DNA of 32,000 bases from Bacillota bacterium (GTDB lineage: Bacteria > Bacillota > Sulfobacillia > Sulfobacillales > Sulfobacillaceae): NCBI GenBank assembly GCA_021820965.1, contig JAKACZ010000003.1, positions 9,297 through 41,296 on the forward strand, in the 5' to 3' direction. The notes beneath the pieces were generated by a model that was not told the origin of the DNA, did no database searches, and worked only from the letters and a program-made list of their open reading frames with translations. Below are positions 15,180 to 22,241 of the stretch, one piece after another (position 1 is the stretch's first letter; each line of letters opens with the position of its first letter). The translations under genes and the position numbers were made by a program.

Positions 15180-15485
15180 ATGACCGTGGTCGGTGATTTG
15201 TTGAGTCCCGTGCATTTGGTGGTGTTGGGCATCATCGGGCTGTTGGTGTTTGGTCCCAAACGACTGCCCGAGTTGGGTTCCGGGTTGGGACAGGCGCTTC
15301 GGGGATTTAAGGAGGCGGTCATTGGGCAAAAACTGTCTGAACGTTCGGCCGACCCTGAGGATGCCCACTCAGAGGCGCTTAAGAAAGCCTCGCCGGGCAC
15401 CATTTCGGTGACGGTTGAGGGGTCGGACACCTCGGGGATTGAGGCGGATCCGCGTCTCTGGAAGAAAGCAGGCAGGGGGCAATGA
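15180..15485 (+). CDS. tatA: Twin-arginine translocase TatA/E-family protein
   Basis: N-terminal TM helix plus hinge: LVVLGIIGLLVFGPKRLPELGSGLGQALRGFKEA. AAGGGGG ribosome-binding site. Confidence 0.9.
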   Translation: MTVVGDLLSPVHLVVLGIIGLLVFGPKRLPELGSGLGQALRGFKEAVIGQKLSERSADPEDAHSEALKKASPGTISVTVEGSDTSGIEADPRLWKKAGRGQ

Positions 15486-16210
15486 CCGCGAAGGAGGGAG
15501 GCGAGCCCCCGTTTCCAGTATCCCCGGCGCCGAAACGCACGATGAGTCGCCCTGACGCCGAGGATACCGTCGTGGTGGCGGTGCGAGCAGCCCGAGATGT
15601 GGATCGCGAAGGTTTACGCTGCGTGCTTGGCGCTATTGCGGGGATTCGCTGTGTTGAACCAGAGGAGCTGAGCGACGGCAAGGCTCCTCTGGTGACTGTG
15701 GTGGCAAGTCCCTCGCTGCGATGGGTTCAGGAAGAAGTGAGCCACTGGAGTACGCGGGGACCGATGGTGGCGATCACCGATGCAAGCCAGGGGTGGACGA
15801 CTACTTGCTTGATGGGTGCGGGAGCCCAAGTGGTGTTGGATTACAGCGACCCGGTGGCACGAATCGTAGCCACGGTCCAAGGCCTAGCGTGGCAGTCCCA
15901 CGTGGCGGTTCCAGCTATGGTCACCCGGTGGCGGGCGGCCAGTACGGAACGAAAGGCGTCGGAAACAAACCTTACCCCTATGGATCAGCGAATTTGGCAA
16001 GCCGTGGCTCAAGGTCGAAGCAATGTGGAAATTGCCGAGCGGCTAGGTATCAAACTCACGACCGTTCGCGACGGAATCACCCGAATCTATAAGCAACTTG
16101 GGGTCCGCCATCGGGCGGCGGCCGCAGCCTTATGGTGGCGGCAACACGAGGCGGAAGAGAGCGACCGCGGGCCACCCGGGCGGGGCGGCGGCGGAGGCGG
16201 CGAGCGGTGA
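15482..16210 (+). CDS. LuxR/GerE-type HTH regulator with degenerate (pseudo-)receiver domain
   Basis: The C-terminus LTPMDQRIWQAVAQGRSNVEIAERLGIKLTTVRDGITRIYKQLGV is a GerE HTH. The N-terminal ~120 aa has a receiver-like alternation of beta and alpha segments but non-acidic residues at the expected Asp positions (VVVAVRAARD..., ...LVTVVASPS). Its ATG overlaps the tatA stop (ATGA). Confidence 0.75.
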   Translation: MTAKEGGEPPFPVSPAPKRTMSRPDAEDTVVVAVRAARDVDREGLRCVLGAIAGIRCVEPEELSDGKAPLVTVVASPSLRWVQEEVSHWSTRGPMVAITDASQGWTTTCLMGAGAQVVLDYSDPVARIVATVQGLAWQSHVAVPAMVTRWRAASTERKASETNLTPMDQRIWQAVAQGRSNVEIAERLGIKLTTVRDGITRIYKQLGVRHRAAAAALWWRQHEAEESDRGPPGRGGGGGGER

Positions 16211-16419
16211 AGGTGGAACGGCGCGGGAGCTTTTGAGGTGGCGGGTCAGAACTACAGGAGAAGGCTGGCCTAACTCACTACAATGGCCGCGACCAGGAGA
16301 ACTTTGGGCGACGGTATTAACCGCCGCTGCGGAGCACCGGACCTGTGAGCAATGCTTACATCCCCATGATGGCGTCCCACGGAGACACGGGGATGCAGCC
16401 TTAAAGAGGGGGACTTGTC

Positions 16420-17127
16420 ATGAGCCACGATGTGGAATATTCGCGGGCAGGAGCACCTTTTGCGGAGATTGCCTCACGTTATTGGGCCATCAGCAACCGT
16501 TTGGCAATGGGGCAGTTCGGAAACTGGCACCGGGCTGCTTTGAACGCGATGGCTCTCGATTCCTCGGTGAGCATCCTTGACGTCGGGTGCGGCACCGGGC
16601 AGTTCCTTCGTTCGGTCGCGCAGAGCACCGGGCGAGGAGACCTTCTTACCGGACTAGACCCGGAACCAGCCATGTTAGCCGAGGCCCGACGCTTGGCCTC
16701 TTCAGACGCACAGAGAAGATGCATTCGGTGGGTGCGGGGATTTGGTGAGTGCTTACCTTTTCCCGATGCGACATTCGATCGGGTGACCGCCCAATTTTCC
16801 TTGCGCAATATGAATGACTGGCACCGAGGCCTGTCGGAGATGATTCGTGTTCTCCGACCTTCGGGGCGCCTGATCGTACTGGAAATGGTACGGCCGGAGA
16901 CGCTAAAGGGATGGTTGGGGGTTCACTATCTAGAGGCCGTGACCCGGCTGCCGGGAATCACGCCTTTCCACGTTTTGCCCAAAACCGTACCGGGATTCGA
17001 ATCCGCTCGGAACGTGATGACCGTGTTAAAAGCGTCGTCGGTGAACGCGTGCACGTGTCGTAAATGGGTGGGAGGGCTGGTAGTGCTGATCGTCGCAGGG
17101 GCGGCTATCAGTGCCAATGAAGTGTAG
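16420..17127 (+). CDS. Class I SAM-dependent methyltransferase, UbiE/MenG-like
   Basis: SAM motif ILDVGCGTGQF, then LPFPDATFDRVTAQFSLRNMNDW..GLSEMIRVLRPSGRLIVLE. This pattern matches demethylmenaquinone/ubiquinone C-methyltransferases. GAGGGGG ribosome-binding site. Confidence 0.75.
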   Translation: MSHDVEYSRAGAPFAEIASRYWAISNRLAMGQFGNWHRAALNAMALDSSVSILDVGCGTGQFLRSVAQSTGRGDLLTGLDPEPAMLAEARRLASSDAQRRCIRWVRGFGECLPFPDATFDRVTAQFSLRNMNDWHRGLSEMIRVLRPSGRLIVLEMVRPETLKGWLGVHYLEAVTRLPGITPFHVLPKTVPGFESARNVMTVLKASSVNACTCRKWVGGLVVLIVAGAAISANEV

Positions 17128-17349
17128 CGAGACCCGTCATATCGGGGGGTGGACACCAGTCTGGCGGGTCCGGGGTGCCACGCCAGTAACCATGATGTGC
17201 TGGTCGGTGGAAGTCCGCTCGCGCGAACTGCCCGTCCGAGCGCGTAGTGAATCGGATGTCCGGCGAGGAGACCCGCCGGGCGCAAGCGCCGAGAATGTTT
17301 AACTTTGGTGTCTCGTCGCATTCTCTTGCCGACGCGCTCGGGGCGTTAG

Positions 17350-17585
17350 CCTTTCAACGTCTTAGGGGCTCTGCACGCCATCACCCACCCATGAGGTGAT
17401 TACCGTCGCCAACACCACCTATATCAACAGTGAGAGTATGGTGGGCGTGCTTCGGCAGCTGGCCGCTCCCCCATTACCGTGGTCTTAGACAATGCCCGGG
17501 ACCAGGGAAACAAGGATGTCATGGCGGAGGCGAAACGCTCCGGATTACCCCCAAGACCCGTCAAAGTTGTGGAAAAGGTTGCTAT
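17350..17585 (+). pseudogene. IS630-family transposase remnant (at least 2 frameshifts, internal deletion)
   Basis: Pieces in three frames: PFNVLGALHAITHP / EVITVANTTYINSESMVGVLRQLAA / ITVVLDNARDQGNKDVMAEAKRSG. These correspond to the ...NVLGALN..T.E.. and (I)T.VLDNAR DDE segment of IS630 transposases. Confidence 0.55.
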
Positions 17586-18010
17586 GAGTGGTATTCCCAT
17601 CTGACGGCGGGCTTCTTTTATTTTACCTGATACGATTATGCCATGCGTACAGAACTTGCGACGATTGGTGGTCGAGCTGTCCCCGATTAGGCAGATCGGC
17701 TCTACATCAGGCTGGCGCAGCCAGCCCGTGGCGAAGCCTGATGGCGCCCCATCATTATGCGGGATTTCGAGGATTGGTCTGCGAATCGCTCTATTATGTA
17801 GCGACGGTCGATGACGTCTCGGTCGCCCTCCTGGGGGTGGGCGGTGGCCGCCTGGATGTGTCGTCCGCGCGACTAATGTCGATGATCGACTGCAGTTTGA
17901 TCATGGGGATCCTCCTCGACGAGAGTGGCATTCACTCCTCTCTTCGACATCGGGGCACTGTTAACATAAAACTGGGATGGGTAAGAGGTCGCACCGAAAA
18001 CGAACAAAGG

Positions 18011-18442
18011 TCAGAACTGCACTTGGTGTGGCTTGTCATGCTTTACCCGCAGACGGCTAAAGTGTTTATGGTTCCAGGTGACAACATAAGGATGAGAACT
18101 CGAGCGAGCCTTCGCGGCAATATATGCATCAATGTAGTCCACGTGCTGTTGGTCGTAGTCTCTGAGCGCTTCCAAGACTAACGACTTTTCTTCCATATCC
18201 ATGCCTTTCGCATTGATAATGTTGATCAAGGCTTGTGCGATGTCTGGAGGATTGTGGCCATACGGGCTTTCGAGCACCCAACAACATTCGGCAATCACGA
18301 TAGAAGGAATTTTCAACACCACTTGGCCTTGGTCCACCATTTGCACCAACTGTTTAACCTCTTCAACCATCTTGGGTGAGTCACCGGTAATAATTCGGAG
18401 CAAGACATTGGTATCGGCTCAAACGGTGAGCGGGCTATTCAC
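18011..18442 (-). pseudogene. vapC: PIN-domain (VapC-type) toxin gene with in-frame TGA at codon 8
   Basis: Reading from the GTG at 18442, which overlaps the antitoxin stop, gives M N S P L T V * A D T N V L L R I I T G D... TGA is at 18419-18421. The track ORF restarts at TTG 18403, downstream of the conserved DTN Asp. The rest is PIN-like (...IAECCWVLES...VDYIDAYIAAKA...VVTWNHKHF). Confidence 0.7.
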
Positions 18443-18704
18443 GGATATCTTCCGGATACCGCAGCTGAGATTTGGTTGCATAGACGTACTTTCGGTATTC
18501 ACTGGGGTCTTGGTAATTTCGAGTGGCTGCTAAGATGCCTACAAGCGACGCCAGCCTCTTTCTTTTGACCACTTGCAATGTTACGGTATCGTCGTCCGCG
18601 ACCGTAAATATAATTTGGTCTCCTTGCTCGGCCCCCAACTTGTGCCGAATTTCCGCGGGAATCACGGTTTGTCCCTTACGGGACAATGTACTTAAGGCTC
18701 TCAT
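18435..18704 (-). CDS. vapB: AbrB/MazE/SpoVT-family antitoxin (VapB-like)
   Basis: ATG at 18704 with an AAGGAGG ribosome-binding site 6 nt upstream. MRALSTLSRKGQTVIPAEIRHKLGAEQGDQIIFTV..DDTVTLQ is the swapped-hairpin SpoVT/AbrB motif. The track start at 18860 is rejected because it has no ribosome-binding site and the extension is AT-rich. Confidence 0.8.
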   Translation of the reverse strand: MRALSTLSRKGQTVIPAEIRHKLGAEQGDQIIFTVADDDTVTLQVVKRKRLASLVGILAATRNYQDPSEYRKYVYATKSQLRYPEDIRE

Positions 18705-18964
18705 GGGTGCCTCCTTAGGATCATCGTTTTGCTTCATTATAGGTCTTACCTCGCCTTCAGTAAAATCTGTGTTTTTAGTCTTACTCTTTAAGATATCCAT
18801 TATCGGCGAAAAATAGACTTCCTCAGCGTAGTTTGCAATAATGACGCAGTTTGCTGGCATCTATATTCTGAGAAAATTTTGGGCCCGTCACACCCTGGCG
18901 CACAGGACCATTGCGGCATGGTTTGCCAGAACGAATTAGTCGATAAAGGTGGGGATGAGCCGGG

Positions 18965-19864
18965 CTATGCTCCGTACCGATGCGCTGATGCTTGAATACA
19001 GGCCACCAATAATCTGGAGGCAATGCCGGTCTTCAAGTGCTGGCGATTAAAACGATAGGCGAACCCTTCCAGATACAATTGGCGCCGGGCGCGTCCGCGC
19101 CCGTGATACGTGCCGTCAACGAACGTTTTCACCAGACTGATGACCGTGTTGACCCAATGGAAGACCACCGGGGCCTCCGGATCGGTATTGAGCGTCACAT
19201 CATGGTTCGCCCCATGTTGCTGGGCTGCGGTGGCATAACACTGCCGCGCTGTCGCTCCGCCACACGCCCTGGTTCTCCACCCGCCGCCGCAAGACGTCTA
19301 ACACCGTGTCCGTTTGTAGGTTGTTGGGCTCGGCTTGGAGAAACACGTAACGGGGATGGTCCTGAGCATTCAAACTCACCCCGATCACCACCGAGTCTTG
19401 ATCCGTGCCGCGGCCTCGTTTGCCGGTTCCGTGACTGACACCGCCAAAATAGGCGTCATCCAGTTCGACGAGACCGCCGAGTTGATACCGGGCATTGCGG
19501 TCCTGCATGGCTTGTTGAATCTTGTGGTGCATGAGCCAGGCGGCATCGTAGCGGAGGTCAAGCTCGCGGCTTAACGCGAGGGCGGATTTCCCACCTTTAT
19601 CGACAGCGATTAGGAAGATTGCGAGAAACCACACTCGCAGGGGCAATTTCGTCCGATGAAAGATGGTCCCGGCCGTGACGGACGACTGATGGTGGCCGGC
19701 GGTGCATTCATACCATGGGGCGGTCCGGTTGGACCGCTGAATCGTCCAGTACGTGGTCCCCTGGCGTTTGGGGCACACGAAACCATCCGGCCATCGTTGT
19801 TTGAAGAGGTAATCATGGCAGGCTTTGTCCGTTGCAAACCGATCTCCGTATTATTTCGGTTCAT
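18965..19864 (-). pseudogene. IS1595-family (ISXO2-like) transposase pseudogene, at least 2 frameshifts
   Basis: Pieces: ...DRFATDKACHDYLFKQRWPDGFVCPKRQGTTYW...YECTAGHHQSSVTAGTIFHRTKLPLRVWFLAIFLIAVDKGGKSALALSRELDLRYDAAWLMHHKIQQAM...VELDDAYFGG...GKRGRGT, then in another frame ...WVNTVISLVKTFVDGTYHGRGRARRQLYLEGFAYRFNRQHL. The zinc-ribbon CPxCG has degraded to CPKRQG. Confidence 0.75.
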
Positions 19865-20024
19865 GTGTCTGATAAGACGTGTAACCTTAGCCGATGATCG
19901 GGAAGTCGCAATACCTCTGGCATGGTCTCCGACTTGCAAGCACACGCAGTTGAGTGGCGTGAGGCGGGGCAATGGGTTGGATTAGCGCTTAACGCCCTGG
20001 CAGGGGCGTACGCTCAATCTTGGC

Positions 20025-21272
20025 TCACCGACGGAATCCGAACGCGGGTCGGCACAAGAGACCCACCCAACTACCCATCAATGCGAAGAGAAACCATTCC
20101 CACCCGTGCAGGCTAAAAGACGCAATGCCGGAGAAGTACGCCCCAATGTTGCAGCCGAAGGCAATCCGCGCACCGTAGCCCATTAGGGCACCTCCCCCAA
20201 TCAGGGCGACCCACATCCGGCCGGGGATTCGTGGCAATTTCCAATTGGAAAACCCTCCTGCCAGAGAGGCGGCTAAAAAGGCACCCAAGATGACACCAAT
20301 GTCGAGGACGGTGGTCGCATCATGTAGGATGCCATGCCTCAAGGCCATTGCGTTGGCTGGCACTTGCCAGTAGGTCCAATGGGCTACCGGGATCCCCAGT
20401 GCCTGAGCGATTTTCGCGCCCCAGAGGGCGAAGGCAAACGTGACACCCCATGGCTTGCCGGACAGCAGCAGAACGAGCCAGTTTCCCACCGCGAGCACCA
20501 GACCTCCTCCGATCCAAGACCACGGTCCTTTGAACAAAATGTGCGGATCGAACCGACCGGCATGATTCCGGTGGAGTGCAAGAGCGCTAAAGAGCGGCTC
20601 GACATGTCCGTATCGGCGCTGCTCCAACCTCCAGGCCAGCAAAAAGACGATGGCTAAGAGAAGTCCCTCGACCATGAACCCTCCTACCGCACCGAACGAC
20701 GCGACGAACGAGATGGGAGAAAAATGGGGAGTAGCCATCCACCAGGGAAAATTCACGCTGCCTGCGACCGAACCCACGACAAACCCCGCTATGGCCGCCA
20801 CACCACGCAAGTCACCTCCACCTGTGTGATACAAGGTCCCGGAGGCGCACCCGTCGGCCAGTTGCATACCAATGCCAAAAAGAAACGAACCTACCGCGAC
20901 AGATATGCCGACAGGAAATACATATCCGCCTACGGTGTGACCGAATGCCTGTCCATGCGTCATCAACGGCAAGAACAACAGATTTGCCATCAAGAACATG
21001 ACCATTTGGGCTCGAATTCCGATCCCCCGTTGGTCTCGAAGAAAATTGCGAAAGGAAGAAGTAAACCCATAACGAGCGAAATATAACGCGGCGCCCAACA
21101 TGCCAGCCACTAAGAAAAGCCCGACTTGAGTAAGCGACTCGGTTTGCCAGAGGAGTAATGACCCTGCGAAAAATATAACACCCGAGACGACTACGAGACC
21201 TCGATTGGAGGGGGCCGTCTGCCCAACCCGGGCGGTCGGTTCGTCCAACGCAACGTGGGTAAAGTCAACCAT
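20025..21272 (-). CDS. YeeE/YedE-family sulfur-compound (thiosulfate-type) transporter
   Basis: Two sulfur-transport repeats with the conserved Cys motifs GMQLADGCASGTLY and ARIAFGCNIGAYFSG, and about 10-12 TM helices. I prefer the ATG at 21272 (ribosome-binding site GAGGGGGA) over 21290. Confidence 0.85.
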   Translation of the reverse strand: MVDFTHVALDEPTARVGQTAPSNRGLVVVSGVIFFAGSLLLWQTESLTQVGLFLVAGMLGAALYFARYGFTSSFRNFLRDQRGIGIRAQMVMFLMANLLFLPLMTHGQAFGHTVGGYVFPVGISVAVGSFLFGIGMQLADGCASGTLYHTGGGDLRGVAAIAGFVVGSVAGSVNFPWWMATPHFSPISFVASFGAVGGFMVEGLLLAIVFLLAWRLEQRRYGHVEPLFSALALHRNHAGRFDPHILFKGPWSWIGGGLVLAVGNWLVLLLSGKPWGVTFAFALWGAKIAQALGIPVAHWTYWQVPANAMALRHGILHDATTVLDIGVILGAFLAASLAGGFSNWKLPRIPGRMWVALIGGGALMGYGARIAFGCNIGAYFSGIASFSLHGWEWFLFALMGSWVGLLCRPAFGFRR

Positions 21273-21617
21273 GATTGTTCCCCCTCGCATGCTACCAACA
21301 TTATGAAGTAACTGCCTTACTCACGATCCTTCTATGTTCAATCCCCGTCATTTCAGGCACAGCATCCCCGGGTTGTTTTCTAGATTGGCATGGTATCAAG
21401 GGCCGGGTCTTTCGCCTAGCACAACAATACCCTATATAACCTATAGAATCAATAGGATATCTAACCATTTATTATAGCTGCTAGATGGGTTTTTTAAACT
21501 GTTGGTTCCGCCCCCAAAGGCAGGCCATCCTTTAGAGCGTCGTATGCCGACGCGGGTGGAGGGATAACGCAGGCGAAACAGACCGGTGGGAAAAATGCGG
21601 GCACTTGGATCGGGCAA

Positions 21618-22022
21618 GTGGCCTTCCGGACTTTAGGCTATTTCGAACATGAAGGTCGCCGCTGCATGAGTGGCTCAGGGTATCTATATATAGTTCTGTC
21701 GGCAGAAGTCAAGCAATTCCTATTTGACCGGACGCATCTCGGAGACGTGGCCGAATTTGCATCGTTGGTGGCCCGTCGTCAGGCGCTTGGACTCATCGTG
21801 GCTTTAGATTTTGCCGAAGGCGTTCGCGAAGAACTCGTAGAAATGGGACTTGAGCCTGTGGCCAAGAAAGACTTGTTGGAACGAGTGCGGTTGTGGGATC
21901 CGTTAAAACAACGTATCGCCATCCAGGCATTGATCTACTACACGCAATACAAAGAACAGAATTCCGCACTGCTGAATAGAGTTCGCGCATTTTTCAAGAT
22001 GTATGTCCAACTAAGTAGGTAA
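21618..22022 (+). CDS. Hypothetical protein (no recognisable family)
   Basis: 134-aa ORF in a lower-GC stretch. The alternative ATG at 21666 has a GAAGGT ribosome-binding site. The only support is ORF length and the absence of a competing ORF. Confidence 0.35.
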   Translation: MAFRTLGYFEHEGRRCMSGSGYLYIVLSAEVKQFLFDRTHLGDVAEFASLVARRQALGLIVALDFAEGVREELVEMGLEPVAKKDLLERVRLWDPLKQRIAIQALIYYTQYKEQNSALLNRVRAFFKMYVQLSR

Positions 22023-22172
22023 TGGGGCATATCTCAAGCATTGTTCAGCTAACGGGGGCGAAAATCCCATAGGGCGAAGTATAAATGCTGCACAAAAATG
22101 CGATATAGGACCACTTTTTGTTGAGGGGAAATGAACATAAACACTTATTGTGATGAAACACGAAGAAAGCAC

Positions 22173-22203
22173 TTGATCCTGACGTAACGTCAGGTTGTAG
22201 GAT
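22173..22203 (+). promoter_or_regulatory. MerR-type promoter: -35 TTGATC, 19-bp spacer carrying the palindrome CCTGACGT-A-ACGTCAGG, -10 TAGGAT
   Basis: Read directly: TTGATC at 22173-22178, spacer at 22179-22197 (19 nt), TAGGAT at 22198-22203, perfect 8-bp arms at 22178-22194. It lies 39 nt upstream of the merR-family start. Confidence 0.65.
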
Positions 22204-22241
22204 GAACTTGCCGACAAAAACAATGTGCACGAAACGAGGGG

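Noticed and set aside
14644-15681. ORFs 14644-15162 (-), 14646-15170 (+), 14996-15430 (-) and 15379-15681 (-) overlapping the torD-like gene, tatA and the luxR-type gene.
   Set aside because: These are shadow ORFs. The annotated frames carry family motifs and coupled start/stop codons.
16344-16360. TGTGAGCAATGCTTACA upstream of the methyltransferase as a third Crp/Fnr box.
   Set aside because: The second half-site is TTACA and sits at 7-nt rather than 6-nt spacing. It lacks the shared TCACAATC flank, so it is probably chance.
16098-16580. 160-aa ORF bridging the regulator and methyltransferase genes.
   Set aside because: It overlaps both supported genes out of frame, with a Gly/Arg/Ala-rich low-complexity translation.
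17588-18181. 197-aa plus-strand ORF.
   Set aside because: Its 3' part is antisense to the PIN gene. It has no ribosome-binding site and no recognisable motifs. The region also contains a short minus-strand ORF (17794-17904, MIKLQSIIDISRAD..., strong GAGGAGG ribosome-binding site) that I could not assign either.
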